Notes: generated by a model not told the origin, from the sequence alone. A DNA stretch of 64,000 nucleotides from Candidatus Kuenenia stuttgartensis (GCA_945860915.1 CAMARR010000009.1:41034-105033); one strand, 5' to 3'. Counted from the stretch's first letter, positions 35,311 to 45,900 are shown. Translations and numbers: made by a program.

Positions 35311-35394
35311 GCCGGGGTGGCGAAATGGCAGCCGCAGCGGATTCAAAATCCGCCGTCCTAAACAGACATGAGGGTTCGAGTCCCTCTCCCGGTA
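35311..35394 (+). tRNA. tRNA-Leu (anticodon CAA), type II with long variable arm; CCA not encoded
   Basis: Hand fold: acceptor GCCGGGG/TCCCGGT (two G-U pairs), anticodon stem GCGGA/TCCGC with loop TTCAAAA, 16-nt variable region, T arm GAGGG-TTCGAGT-CCCTC, discriminator A. Confidence 0.9.
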
Positions 35395-35494
35395 CTTCTG
35401 AGGATCGCGCCCTGACTTGTTTGTCACTCCGACGTGATCGCTCAAAAGGCGACAGCGCGTCTCGAGTCACCCGTCTGATCGCCCGAGGCAGACG

Positions 35495-35881
35495 CTAGCC
35501 CGGCGGCCACGACAATGGCCTGCCTCCCATCACATGCACGTGAAGATGGAAGACAGATTGACCGGCTGATTCCCCGTTATTGACGACCAATCGGAATCCA
35601 TCTCCAATCCCCTCAGACTTGGCGACGCGCGCGGCAACCACGAGAAGATGGCCCAATAGAAGTGCGTCTTCATCCGAGGTGCCAACTACGTTGATGAGTT
35701 GGCCCTTCGGAATCACGAGAAGGTGGGTTGGTGCTCGGGGAGAAATGTCACGAATGACGATGCATCGGTCGTCTTCGAAGATTCGGGGAGCCAGAATTTC
35801 TCCACGGAGGATCTTGGCGAAGACGTTCGATGTGTCGTACGTCACATTCGTACCCCATGTCGAGTCATCAGGGCGGTCCAT
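35495..35881 (-). CDS. HIT (histidine triad) family nucleotide hydrolase
   Basis: Histidine triad HLHVHVMGG and an FAKILRGEI N-terminal motif. ATG 35881 overlaps the Trm112-like gene by 40 nt. An in-frame GTG at 35845 would instead give a GTGA overlap with that stop and a typical HIT N-terminus. Confidence 0.85.
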   Translation of the reverse strand: MDRPDDSTWGTNVTYDTSNVFAKILRGEILAPRIFEDDRCIVIRDISPRAPTHLLVIPKGQLINVVGTSDEDALLLGHLLVVAARVAKSEGIGDGFRLVVNNGESAGQSVFHLHVHVMGGRPLSWPPG

Positions 35882-36060
35882 TCTGTAATGTCCAGCACCG
35901 AAGACTCTTCGAGGACCATGACGGCGAGGTCTCCATCCTCGATGCGATAGGCCCGACGCGTCGCGGGATCAGTCGAAACAAGCCTGTCCCCGTCTACCAC
36001 CAGAGTGGCCCGAGATTCGGGACAGCGCAAGATCGCAAGAAGGCCAGTGTCGATAGGCAT
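35842..36060 (-). CDS. Trm112/UPF0434 family small zinc-ribbon-like protein
   Basis: The track ORF runs to 36093; I prefer ATG 36060 (MPIDTGLLAILRCPESRATL...YRIEDGDLAVMVLEES), 72 aa. Confidence 0.7.
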   Translation of the reverse strand: MPIDTGLLAILRCPESRATLVVDGDRLVSTDPATRRAYRIEDGDLAVMVLEESSVLDITEWTALMTRHGVRM

Positions 36061-36211
36061 TGCCAGTCTCCAAACCCTGTGGCCAAGGGCCAATGGGGCA
36101 GAAGGAAGTTACCGGGCGCCGAATACCGGGCAAGGACTCCTAACTAGACCCGTTCGCCTCGCCGTTTCCGCTGCTAGGATACCCCCCCAACGAGGCGAGG
36201 GTTCATATCAC

Positions 36212-38449
36212 GTGAGTACCGACATCAGGATGAAGCAACTCCGCGAACACGCGGAGCGCGGCCGGGTCCAGCTCTTCGACGCGCTTTGGTCCGAAGTAAC
36301 GGAAGCAGGACACGACGACGTCCATGCGCTCGTCACAGCTATCGGCGGTTGGGAGACCGTCGGCAATTTCGGCAAAGCGGGAGAACTCCTTTCAACGCTT
36401 GCGAATCGCCTAGTCGAGCATCAACGCTTCGACCACGCGCTCGTGCCGCTCAGGCGAATGGCCGACATCGCACCAAAGGAACGATTCCTGCGGTACGGCC
36501 TCCTTACGATTTTCAACTGCCTCTACAAAGACGACCCGCGACTCCCGATCTACCTGCGCCATTCGGCGCTCGAAGAATCACTGGACATCAAGTCGTCTCT
36601 AGCCAAGATCGAAACCTACTTCGCCTACGACGTAGGGCGTTATGTCCATCACCTCACAGGATGGGGCGCGGGCCGGATCGTGGATGTAGACGCAGAAAAC
36701 GTGTCGGTTCTCGTCGACTTCCACGAGAAGAAGAGTCACCGCCTCACCATGGAGATGGCTCGTCGCATCTGCGACTTCATTGAAGCCAACGAACTCCGCG
36801 CCATGCGTCTCGATCGCATTGAGCAACTGCGCGCCATGGTCGAAGACGATCCAGTCGAGCTGATCCGCGTTGCGCTCCGATCGAAGCGCGGCAAGTCACC
36901 GCTTAAGGACATCAAAGAGCGACTGACCGATGGCATCATCCCCGGATCTGACTGGTCAAAATGGTGGACCAAAGCAAAAGTCAGGCTCAAGTCGGTACCC
37001 GACATCACCCTCGCACCTGGAACAAATCCGGTGGTCGAGCTCACGGCCGGCACCCGAAATTACCCAGAAAACTGCCTTCGCGACCTTCGCATGCTCGATG
37101 GCGACGGGAAGCGGGTCAAGTATCTGCGAGACCTCATCAAGGAGGCCCAGACACACGAAACCGACGGCGAGATCGCGCTGAAGGGTGTCGCGGCACTTCT
37201 CGTCGCCGAAGCCCCGATCATGTCGCTCGGATCCCGCATCTCACTTGCTTGTCTATTGCGCGACGCCAAAGCTGTCTACCCATCCGTCGAAGTTCCGGAG
37301 TCCCTCACGCTCGCCCAAGTTGCGACGGATCAGGCAGCGGTTCTCGTCGCGCTCCCAAGCATCCCGGTCGTCTCGCACCGCATCGAAGCACTTCGCGTGC
37401 TGCGTGAGCGCGGCGTCCGTGACTGGCAAGACCTTTATAAAGAAGTCATCCTGCGGGGCGAGTCCGAAACCGCCGAGGAGTGCCTCTCGGATCTCACGCG
37501 TTCGGGCAAGACGGAGTTCGTTAACAGTCTCGTCGATGCCATCGTCGCGAGATACCGCGACTTCCCCATGGCGTTTACAGCGCTCGTCAAGGCTCAGCTC
37601 TCGGACCGACTCCCAGAGGGCATTCACCGCCTACCGAAGACTGTAATCCTTGAGAGAGTCCTTCACCTTCACGATGCCGTGTGGCGACGTGACTTGCGCA
37701 ATCCGGATTCGGAGCTCAAACGCGCGCTGAAGATCCTCGAAGGCATCTTGACTTCAAAGAACTTCGAGCTCGTTCGCGATGCCATCGCCACATCGACCGA
37801 GCCGGAGGGAACAAACCTCGCGACGGTGCTCCGTTCCAACCGGAGCATCTCGGAGGACATTCAGAACAAGTCCTTCGCTGCCATGCTGCGAACACGCCCG
37901 TCGCTCGGCCGCATCACGACCGAGGAGGCTCCCGAGACCGATCTCGTCGCTCTCGACCCGAACGTCCTTTACACAACGGAAGTCGGATTGGCTCGCCGCC
38001 AACGTGAATACGAGCACATTTCGAGCGTCGAATTGCCCGAAGCCGCAGCAGACAAAGGTCGCGCCGCCGAACAGGGTGACTTGAGCGAGAACTTCGCGTA
38101 CACCGCAGCGATAGAGAAGATGGGGCAGTTGTCACGCAAGGCTGAGGAGATCGCGAGCGAACTTTCGAAGGCCCGAATTGTGAACGAACCGCTCACGGAC
38201 TTCGACCGAGTCACGATCGGCGCAAAAGTCGCGCTAAGCGACGGCGAGCGCAAGATCGCCTATACCATCCTTGGTCCATGGGAAGCCGACCCCGAGCACG
38301 GGATCCTCTCGTATCAATCGCCCCTCGGTCGTGCGATGCTCGGCAAGGAAGTTGGTGCCACGTTCAACGTCGAAGGCAACGCGACCCAGTGGAAGGTCGA
38401 TGCAATCGCTGACGGACTCGCAGCATTCCTCTCTCGCTCAAATAGCTAA
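36212..38449 (+). CDS. long-form GreA-like transcript cleavage factor (~580-aa N-terminal extension + complete GreA module)
   Basis: The track ORF starts at 36005; the likely start is GTG 36212 or ATG 36230 (MKQLREHAERG). The C-terminal ~160 aa carry the GreA coiled-coil tip motif GDLSENFAYTAAIEKMGQL and the FKBP-like CTD (VTIGAKVAL..ILGPWEADPEHGILSYQSPLGRAMLGKEVG). Confidence 0.7.
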   Translation: MSTDIRMKQLREHAERGRVQLFDALWSEVTEAGHDDVHALVTAIGGWETVGNFGKAGELLSTLANRLVEHQRFDHALVPLRRMADIAPKERFLRYGLLTIFNCLYKDDPRLPIYLRHSALEESLDIKSSLAKIETYFAYDVGRYVHHLTGWGAGRIVDVDAENVSVLVDFHEKKSHRLTMEMARRICDFIEANELRAMRLDRIEQLRAMVEDDPVELIRVALRSKRGKSPLKDIKERLTDGIIPGSDWSKWWTKAKVRLKSVPDITLAPGTNPVVELTAGTRNYPENCLRDLRMLDGDGKRVKYLRDLIKEAQTHETDGEIALKGVAALLVAEAPIMSLGSRISLACLLRDAKAVYPSVEVPESLTLAQVATDQAAVLVALPSIPVVSHRIEALRVLRERGVRDWQDLYKEVILRGESETAEECLSDLTRSGKTEFVNSLVDAIVARYRDFPMAFTALVKAQLSDRLPEGIHRLPKTVILERVLHLHDAVWRRDLRNPDSELKRALKILEGILTSKNFELVRDAIATSTEPEGTNLATVLRSNRSISEDIQNKSFAAMLRTRPSLGRITTEEAPETDLVALDPNVLYTTEVGLARRQREYEHISSVELPEAAADKGRAAEQGDLSENFAYTAAIEKMGQLSRKAEEIASELSKARIVNEPLTDFDRVTIGAKVALSDGERKIAYTILGPWEADPEHGILSYQSPLGRAMLGKEVGATFNVEGNATQWKVDAIADGLAAFLSRSNS

Positions 38450-38470
38450 CCTCGGGTGCGAGCTGCGACG

Positions 38471-39133
38471 TCACACGGACGTCGCGGCTTGCCGCACGTG
38501 ATTCGCAGCCCGATTAGGTGCGAAACTCCTTCGCAGTGTGGTGAGAGCCTCGGCGAACCCGCCACACAGCACTGCTCCCGCTGGCAGAATCGCCCCGCGG
38601 TGATTCGATACGGCACTCCCACCGACCATGATGAGCGCCCGAGGCGCCCGACGCCGCAATTTAAGCAGCGTGTCAGGCAGTCCGCGCCATTCAGATTCAA
38701 GGCCTATCGACACGGCGACGACATCGGGTACCGCCCCGCAGAAAATGTCTCCATCGAAATCCGTCGGATGAAGGGAATCGGCGCGATACCCCTCCGCCAA
38801 AAGAAGGTGAGACAGTAGATCCGCCGCGAGTGTGTGACCGTTTGCTGGTGTCACTAGGACCACCGCGCTTCGTCCGTTAATTTGCGTCGATTTTCTTGGT
38901 GCGACGGCCCGAGCAAGTTTGGCTAGTCGACGGTAGATAGCACCGACTTTCACCCCGCGGATCTCGTCGAGGGCCGCTGCCTCACCTAATCGTGCGAGCG
39001 AAGTGACCAGCGCGTTGTCGACCCATGTAGTGAATCCAACCGAGGCTACCGACGCCTCGACGCGCGCTCGGAGCAACGAGTCATCTCCTGCTTCGGCCAA
39101 TTCGAGAAGTTGCGAGGTTTTGGTCAGGGGCAT
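38471..39133 (-). CDS. B12-binding-domain-like (Rossmann) protein with helical N-terminal cap; motif degenerate
   Basis: 220 aa. The pattern AVVLVTPANGHTLAADLLSHLLLAEGYRADSL..PDVVAVSIGLES..LLKLRRRAPRALIMVGGSAV follows the cobalamin-binding domain layout, but the DxHxxG motif reads NGHTLA. The N-terminal ~90 aa are helical but lack the usual W/EH residues. Confidence 0.4.
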   Translation of the reverse strand: MPLTKTSQLLELAEAGDDSLLRARVEASVASVGFTTWVDNALVTSLARLGEAAALDEIRGVKVGAIYRRLAKLARAVAPRKSTQINGRSAVVLVTPANGHTLAADLLSHLLLAEGYRADSLHPTDFDGDIFCGAVPDVVAVSIGLESEWRGLPDTLLKLRRRAPRALIMVGGSAVSNHRGAILPAGAVLCGGFAEALTTLRRSFAPNRAANHVRQAATSV

Positions 39134-39202
39134 CCTAGGCTCGTCGGCCTAAACCGGCCCGACCAAACACCTTTCGACCAAACGACCGTCGAAACTTGAC
39201 TT

Positions 39203-41224
39203 TCAGCGCAGGAAGTACCCCTGGGCGCGCAGAGAGTCGGCAATGCGAACTGCCGTCGGGTCGTCTTGGACCTCGATGATGGTGTCGGTGATGCGTTCAC
39301 CCGCAATCGCTCGAAACTCGCGAATTCGCAGGGCAGAATCGAGCGCCTGCTTAGACAGGGCGCGGACGAGGATGACGCGCCGAACCTCCAACACTGTCAC
39401 GGCGTTGCCCCATGATTCGATCGACGCCGACACGCCCTGTGGCACCGGATATCGAGCGTGTTTGCGCAACGTCGCCAACATGTCTTCCACCGATGTACCT
39501 GCCGCGATCGCCTCCTGAACGGATCGCTCCGAAATGCGGTAATGGAGAGTCACGTCAGACTTTTCGCGACGCGCAAAACGGCCTAGGCGATGCAAGGTCT
39601 CGATCTCGACTCCCTCGGGATAGACAATGACCTCAAAGTCCGCCATGACAATCAGGCCGCCACCGACCGGTGCGGCGGCGTCGCTTGCCGCTCCGAGAAC
39701 ACCCGCACCGAGGCGGCTCAGTCGAACCCCAATCGGACCCATCTCAGGGACATACGTGTCCGAGAGTCCGGCGAGGGACAGGCGCTCAGTCGCGAATTGA
39801 ACAAGCTCGCGCGACAGAACTCCGGGAGTCACCAGAGGTGGAACCGGCGCGTATTGGTACCGACGTTGGAATCGTTCTGCGGAACTTCGCTGGTCGATCG
39901 TCGCGAAGTAGTGATTGCGAGCGAGATGTGCCACGCGACGCACATCCACCCATCGGCCCGCAGCCACATCGCGCAACATCGTCAAGAAAATGCGCCTAAG
40001 GCGCGTCTGGTGAAACTCACTACGAGTCCCCCGCAGGTCCTCCTGAACCTGCTGCAACAAGAGGTGCGCCCGCTCGATTGGACCCTGCTCCTCAAACTGC
40101 TCCCACGCCGGACGGGCGCGTAGCCGCTGGTCCTCGTCGACCTTCGTAAACCCCCGCGCAGCGAGGAAGCCGAAGAGGAAATCCATGACGTCTTCCGGCG
40201 GCAACGGTCTGGCCCCCGGACTCAAGATCTCAGACTCCATCTTGCGCACCGTCGCACGATAGAGCGCTCCTTCGAGCGTACACCGAACACTGTGGTGATC
40301 TAGGAACGCGCGAATACTGGTGAGGTCCGAGAGCGGATCAGCAGATCCCTCGGGTTCCTCGTCGAGGACGAGTTCAAGACCGTCGGCGGTCCACCCACGA
40401 GCCACTTCGCCGAAGATGATGAGCGATCCGGGCTTGAACTGGACGCCGATGTCGGCGAGGTCGCCTGTGAATATCGTCCCAAGAAATCGTGATTCGAGCG
40501 CCTCCTGCCATGCAACGACCTCCTGCGGGCGAAGTTCCATGCGTTCGAGCTGAGCGATGTCGAGCAGGCCGCCGTGTTCATCGAGGGCCCGGGTAACCGC
40601 GTCCCGAATCGCAGAGTCGTCAATGCTCGCGATCGCTGCCTCAACGCGGGGACGCAATGCGAGCTCTGCACAGACCTTTGCACGGTCGGAGACCAATCCT
40701 GCATCTACACCAGCAACACGCAGTCTCGCCACAACCGTATCGCGGGACATTGTCTTCAGAAAACCCCGCAGCGTGAACCACCCCTCAAGGGTCCTAGGTG
40801 ATCCATCCAACACCGATGACAACGTCGGAATAAGTCCTTCAGGAATGCGCCACACGGACTCCTGATACCGCACCCAGCTCTTATCGCGCTCCTCCGATAG
40901 AAAACCGCGCGCGCGAAGTTCGGCAGCGGCCGCTTCGGGTTCGAGCCCTCGGAATGAATCAGGTGCGTTGCGGTCGCGGAGTGCCTTCGCGGCGATGGCG
41001 TGGTCATCTTGTGAAAGCACGTGGGCCAGAAGATCACGAAGCGGCTTCGCCAAATCCTTGACACGACTCGCCACGATGTCGGCATCGGACATGAGACGAA
41101 GGACAGCGTCTTTGAGGTCAACGTCGTCGCGCGGTCGCTCTTCACCGGGCGGTGCCCAATATCTCCACGCTTCCCGCAGGTCGGCGCGGCTGAGCTTGTC
41201 CAAGGGTGAAGGAGGAGGAGTCAT
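39203..41224 (-). CDS. XPB-associated large protein (helicase-associated, Helicase_C_3-like C-terminal domain)
   Basis: The track ORF begins at TTG 41233, overlapping the XPB stop; the first ATG is at 41224, 5 nt after the stop. No catalytic motif was recognised. The C-terminal segment ..HYRISERSVQEAIAAGTSVEDMLATLRKHARYPVPQGV.. parallels the XPB N-terminal ..TYRITPLSLWNAAGVGLDAAAILDFLDIHAIARVPREV.. Confidence 0.55.
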   Translation of the reverse strand: MTPPPSPLDKLSRADLREAWRYWAPPGEERPRDDVDLKDAVLRLMSDADIVASRVKDLAKPLRDLLAHVLSQDDHAIAAKALRDRNAPDSFRGLEPEAAAAELRARGFLSEERDKSWVRYQESVWRIPEGLIPTLSSVLDGSPRTLEGWFTLRGFLKTMSRDTVVARLRVAGVDAGLVSDRAKVCAELALRPRVEAAIASIDDSAIRDAVTRALDEHGGLLDIAQLERMELRPQEVVAWQEALESRFLGTIFTGDLADIGVQFKPGSLIIFGEVARGWTADGLELVLDEEPEGSADPLSDLTSIRAFLDHHSVRCTLEGALYRATVRKMESEILSPGARPLPPEDVMDFLFGFLAARGFTKVDEDQRLRARPAWEQFEEQGPIERAHLLLQQVQEDLRGTRSEFHQTRLRRIFLTMLRDVAAGRWVDVRRVAHLARNHYFATIDQRSSAERFQRRYQYAPVPPLVTPGVLSRELVQFATERLSLAGLSDTYVPEMGPIGVRLSRLGAGVLGAASDAAAPVGGGLIVMADFEVIVYPEGVEIETLHRLGRFARREKSDVTLHYRISERSVQEAIAAGTSVEDMLATLRKHARYPVPQGVSASIESWGNAVTVLEVRRVILVRALSKQALDSALRIREFRAIAGERITDTIIEVQDDPTAVRIADSLRAQGYFLR

Positions 41225-41229
41225 CGCAT

Positions 41230-42939
41230 TCAACTACCGATTCGCGACTTCGCAACGAGTGCATCGCCGCTGACAACTTCGTAAGGATACCCCTGCTCGG
41301 CAAGAAAGAGCTGACGGTGTGCCGCGAACTCAAGGTCCCGCGAAGCCTCTGTCACCACAGCGTAAAACACCGCGCCGCCCCCGTCTTTCTTCTTCCGAAG
41401 AATACGCCCTAAACGCTGCGCCTCCTCTTGACGCGAACCGAACGTTCCGCTTACTTCAATTGCGACATTTGCGTCGGGAAGATCGATCGCAAAATTTGCG
41501 ACTTTCGAGACCAGAAGAACCGGGATCTCGCCGTCACGAAATGCGGCGTAAAGGCGGTCCCGTTCGGGATGTGGAGTCTTGCTTGTAATGAGTGGGACTC
41601 CGAGGATCCCCTTCAAAAGATGAAGCTGCCGTAGGAAGAGCCCGATTACCAACACTCTGTCACCGGCATGGCGAGCAATCAGTTCTCGAATGACTGGGAT
41701 CTTCCCTTCATTCTCTGATGCAATGCGAAACTGCTCCCTTCGGTCGGCCAGTGCATATCGATCGCACAACTCCTCGGCGAGTGACACCCGCACCTCAACG
41801 CAGCGCGCCTCGGCGATGTGCCCCTTGCGTTCGAGTTCCTTCCACGGCAGGTCATAACGACACGGGCCGACAAGGCTGTACACATCCGCCTCTTTCCCAT
41901 CCTCGCGGAGGAGGGTTGCGGTCAGACCAAGTCGTCGTCGCGCCTGGAGTTCTGCTGTGACACGAAACACCGGTGCCGGAAGCAAATGGACTTCGTCGTA
42001 AATGACCAATCCCCAATTGTTCCGGTGGAATAGGTCAAAGTGCGTAAATGGGTCCGACTGAGACTTCCGCCAAGTAAGGATCTGATAGGTCGACACCGTG
42101 ACAGGGCGAATCTCCTTGGCCTCACCCGTGTACTCGCCAATCTCGGATGGCTCGAGCGTCGTGCGTTCGGTGAGCTCACGTATCCACTGGGCCACGGAGG
42201 TCCGATTGCTGGTCAACACTAAGGTCTGGGTCTGGTAACGCTCCATAACAAGCAACCCGACGAGCGTCTTCCCCGCACCGCACGGCAACACGATGACCCC
42301 CGATCCCCCACGCTCCGTTCCACCACACCAAAACGCATCCGCTGATGTATGTTGATAGTCCCGCGCTTCGAAGGGTTCGCGTGAGGCTCTGAGCTCCTTA
42401 CGCAGTTGGAACGGGAGTGCATCACCTGCGGTGTACCCAGCCAAATCGTCGACGGGAAATCCAGCCTTGACCAAGGCCTGCTTGATTTCGCCACGATGAG
42501 ACGGGGGAACCAGCACATGGCCGTCCTCAAGTATCGCCACCATTTCGCGAACGCGGGGTGCATCAAGGACGGCAGATCGGAGGTCAGGATCGATGTCGAG
42601 GAGGAGTGCGCCCTCTTTTCGAATTAGCCGCACACGTCCGGTTCTGGACAAGATGTCCTCGACGAACATCCGGACTTCCCTCGGGACCCTCGCGATAGCG
42701 TGGATATCCAAGAAGTCGAGGATCGCTGCCGCGTCGAGCCCAACTCCTGCGGCATTCCAGAGGGAAAGCGGAGTGATTCGATAGGTGTGGAGGTGATCAG
42801 GACTCTTGAGAAGATCGGCAAAACGAGCAAGCCCACGCCGGCAGGCCTCCGCGCCCTTGGCGTGAAGGTCGAGAAGCACAGACCGGTCGCGCTGAACGAC
42901 CAGAGGCTTTGAATCAAGACTTGTTGGCGCCTCGTCCAT
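41230..42939 (-). CDS. XPB/Rad25/Ssl2-type SF2 DNA helicase
   Basis: 569 aa. N-terminal damage-recognition-like domain, Walker A LPCGAGKT, DEVH box IYDEVHLL, TATLLREDGKE (the RED motif characteristic of XPB), and a C-terminal helicase lobe. The ATG at 42939 lies 26 nt inside the 3' end of the UvrA-fusion gene. Confidence 0.85.
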   Translation of the reverse strand: MDEAPTSLDSKPLVVQRDRSVLLDLHAKGAEACRRGLARFADLLKSPDHLHTYRITPLSLWNAAGVGLDAAAILDFLDIHAIARVPREVRMFVEDILSRTGRVRLIRKEGALLLDIDPDLRSAVLDAPRVREMVAILEDGHVLVPPSHRGEIKQALVKAGFPVDDLAGYTAGDALPFQLRKELRASREPFEARDYQHTSADAFWCGGTERGGSGVIVLPCGAGKTLVGLLVMERYQTQTLVLTSNRTSVAQWIRELTERTTLEPSEIGEYTGEAKEIRPVTVSTYQILTWRKSQSDPFTHFDLFHRNNWGLVIYDEVHLLPAPVFRVTAELQARRRLGLTATLLREDGKEADVYSLVGPCRYDLPWKELERKGHIAEARCVEVRVSLAEELCDRYALADRREQFRIASENEGKIPVIRELIARHAGDRVLVIGLFLRQLHLLKGILGVPLITSKTPHPERDRLYAAFRDGEIPVLLVSKVANFAIDLPDANVAIEVSGTFGSRQEEAQRLGRILRKKKDGGGAVFYAVVTEASRDLEFAAHRQLFLAEQGYPYEVVSGDALVAKSRIGS

Positions 42940-45900
42940 GACGTTGCTTCGGTCTGACTTTCACGGGTGTGACTTTGGGATCAACAAGAAAGCGGCCCGT
43001 GTGAGAATTTGGATTTTGCGCGATGTCTTCCGGTGTTCCACATGCAACGACATAGCCGCCCGCGTGACCACCTTCCGGTCCAAGATCAATCACATGATCG
43101 CAGGCGCGGATGACATCCATGTTGTGTTCAATCACTAGCACCGTATTCCCCGCCTCTACGAGTCGTCGCAGCACGACAACCAACTTGGCAACGTCGTCCA
43201 TATGAAGACCTGTAGTCGGTTCATCGAGTAGATACAGCGTACGCCCGGAAGAACGGCGCGCGAGTTCACGAGCAAGTTTGATTCGCTGAGCCTCCCCACC
43301 AGACAACGTCGTCGCGGACTGCCCCAATTCGATATACCCCAAACCCACGTCCTCTAGCAACTGCATCGGACCTGCCACTCGGCGGTGGTTGGCGAAGAAG
43401 GCCACAGCCTCTGAAACTTCCAAGCATAGAACGTCGGCGATTGTCTTGCCTTTGAATTCGACGGCGAGAGTCTCGGCGTTGTATCTCTTTCCCCTGCAAG
43501 CATCACAGACGATCCAGACGTCGGGCAGAAAGTGCATCTCCACCTTAATACTGCCACGTCCATCGCACGCCTCGCAGCGACCGGCTCCAACGTTGAACGA
43601 GAACCTACCCGGTCCATATCCACGTTGCCGTGCAAGCGGGACTTCGGCAAAGATCGCTCGAATTTCATCAAACACCTTGGTGTACGAGGCGGGGTTGGAC
43701 TTCGGAGAAGACCCAATCGGTGCTTGGTCCACGACGATGCAATCTTCAATGTGCTCTGCGCCTCGAAGACCGCCCAACCCTTCCAACTTGACTCGCCGAC
43801 GACCTGTCGACTGTGCAAGGGCGGGCGCAAGGGTATCCATGACGAGCGAAGACTTGCCCGACCCGGAGACGCCCGTCACGGCGACAAGTACGCCGAGCGG
43901 TATCTCGACGTCGATCCCCTTAAGATTGTTTGCGGTGACGTTTTCCAGAATCAACTTATTGCCGTTGCCGACAAGTCGCTCGGCAGGACGCCGAATCGAT
44001 TCGGTCCCGCGCAGGTAGCGTCCGGTTAGCGTGTCGGCTTCGTCGATGAGCTGGCGTGGTGTCCCGGTAAACACGACGGCGCCGCCGTGCTTGCCCGCTC
44101 CTGGTCCGATGTCGATCACATGATCAGCGCGTTCGATCGTGTCGCGATCGTGCTCAACCATGACCACCGTGTTCCCAAGGTCACGAAGCCCCTCTAGGGT
44201 TGAGATAAGTCGGTCACTGTCTCGGGGATGTAATCCGATCGTCGGTTCGTCTAGGACATAGATGACGCCGGTCAAGCGATTACCAATCTGCGTGGCAAGC
44301 CTGATGCGCTGAGCCTCACCGCCCGACAGGGTTCCTGCACCACGAGACAACTCGAGGTAGCCAAGCCCGACATCCTTGAGGAACTTCAGACGATTCCGGA
44401 CCTCACGAAGAGGTTGTTCGGCGATGATTGACTCGTTGGCATCAAGCACAAGTGTCTCAAACCACGACGCGGCGCCCTCGACCGTCATCGAGCTCACGTC
44501 TGCCAATACCCTCGACGCAAATCGCACCGACCGGTAAGCCGGCTTGAGCCGTTCGCCGTTGCATGATCGACAACGTTCACTTCGCATCACGCGCCCAAGG
44601 ATCTCTCGCCATTCCTCGTCCTCTGACGTCGAGAACCATTCCTCTATGTAGGCGCAAAATCCCTTCCACTTTGTGGTCACAGACCACGAGGACTCGGACG
44701 TTTCGGACTTCGACGCAAATGTCACGTCTAGCGGGTCCTCGCTGCCCTTTAACACCGCCTTCTTGAAAGCGGCAGGTAGCGCACTCCATGGCTTCTTGAG
44801 GTTGACTCCGCGAGCTTTGGCGAGCCGCTCGACGACTCCGCGAAACCAGCCGTCACTTCGAGCAAGGAAATCTCCCGGCTTCTCAATGAGGGCGCCATCG
44901 AACAATGGTCGATCCGGATTGGCGATCAGTAGATCGGTATTGCAGCTGAGTTCGACTCCGAGTCCGTGACAGGTCTCGCACGCTCCGCTGTGGCTGTTGA
45001 AAGAGAAATGCCGCGGCGTCAGGTCGTCGCCGAGAATGAAACCGCACTCGACGCACGCCGGGCGTAGCGCGAACCAAGACCGCTTGTCGTCGGTCGACTC
45101 GAATGCTGCATATCCCCTTCCTTGATGAAACGCCTGGGCAAACGAGTCAAGGAGCCGTGACTTGCCCTTTTCCGAAATGACCGCGCGGTCGATGACGAGA
45201 AAGACTTCCTTCGCCTTGGCAAATGACGGCAACTTCTCGTCCAGACGAACTTCAGATCCATCCACCTGCAGGCGCATGAAGCCCGCTTCGACCGCGGGTT
45301 TCACCAACGCGACGACATCCGAAGGCTTCTTTGCGGCGAGCCCGAGTGGGGAGCCCTTCATGTAGAGCGGACTCAAGATCCGCCCCTTGACGCCAGAAGA
45401 AGTCATCAACGACTTGACCACACGATCGGGAGACCATGACCTCGCTTCCTTGGAACACGTCGGGCAATGCGGGACGCCTACGCGTGACCAAAGCAATCGG
45501 AAGTAGTCGTGAATTTCCGTCGTGGTGGATACCGTCGACCTCGGATTACGACTCGCGTTCTTCTGGTCGATCGCGATTGCCGGCGCCAACCCTTCAAGTG
45601 AGTCGATGGGAGGTCGGTCCATGCGACCTAGGAACTGGCGTGCATAGGTCGAGAGGCACTCGACAAATCGTCGCTGTCCTTCTGCGAACAACGTGTCGAA
45701 AACGAGCGACGTCTTCCCGGACCCCGAAGGGCCCGTCACGACTGTCATACGACCTGCCGGGAAGCTGACATCGATGTTCTTGAGATTATGAAGGCGTGCT
45801 CCCTTCAAGATGATGTCGCCATCGATCGCAGTGTCTCGAACCTCTCGCACGCCTTTTTTCTTTTGCTCCGGAGGACAAATTGCTTCCCGCAGCATGGCAG

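Noticed and set aside
35275-35494. The flanks of tRNA-Leu, considered as a possible genomic-island integration site.
   Set aside because: There is no integrase, no direct repeat of the tRNA 3' end, and no compositional break. The flanking genes (CDF transporter, HIT) look native.
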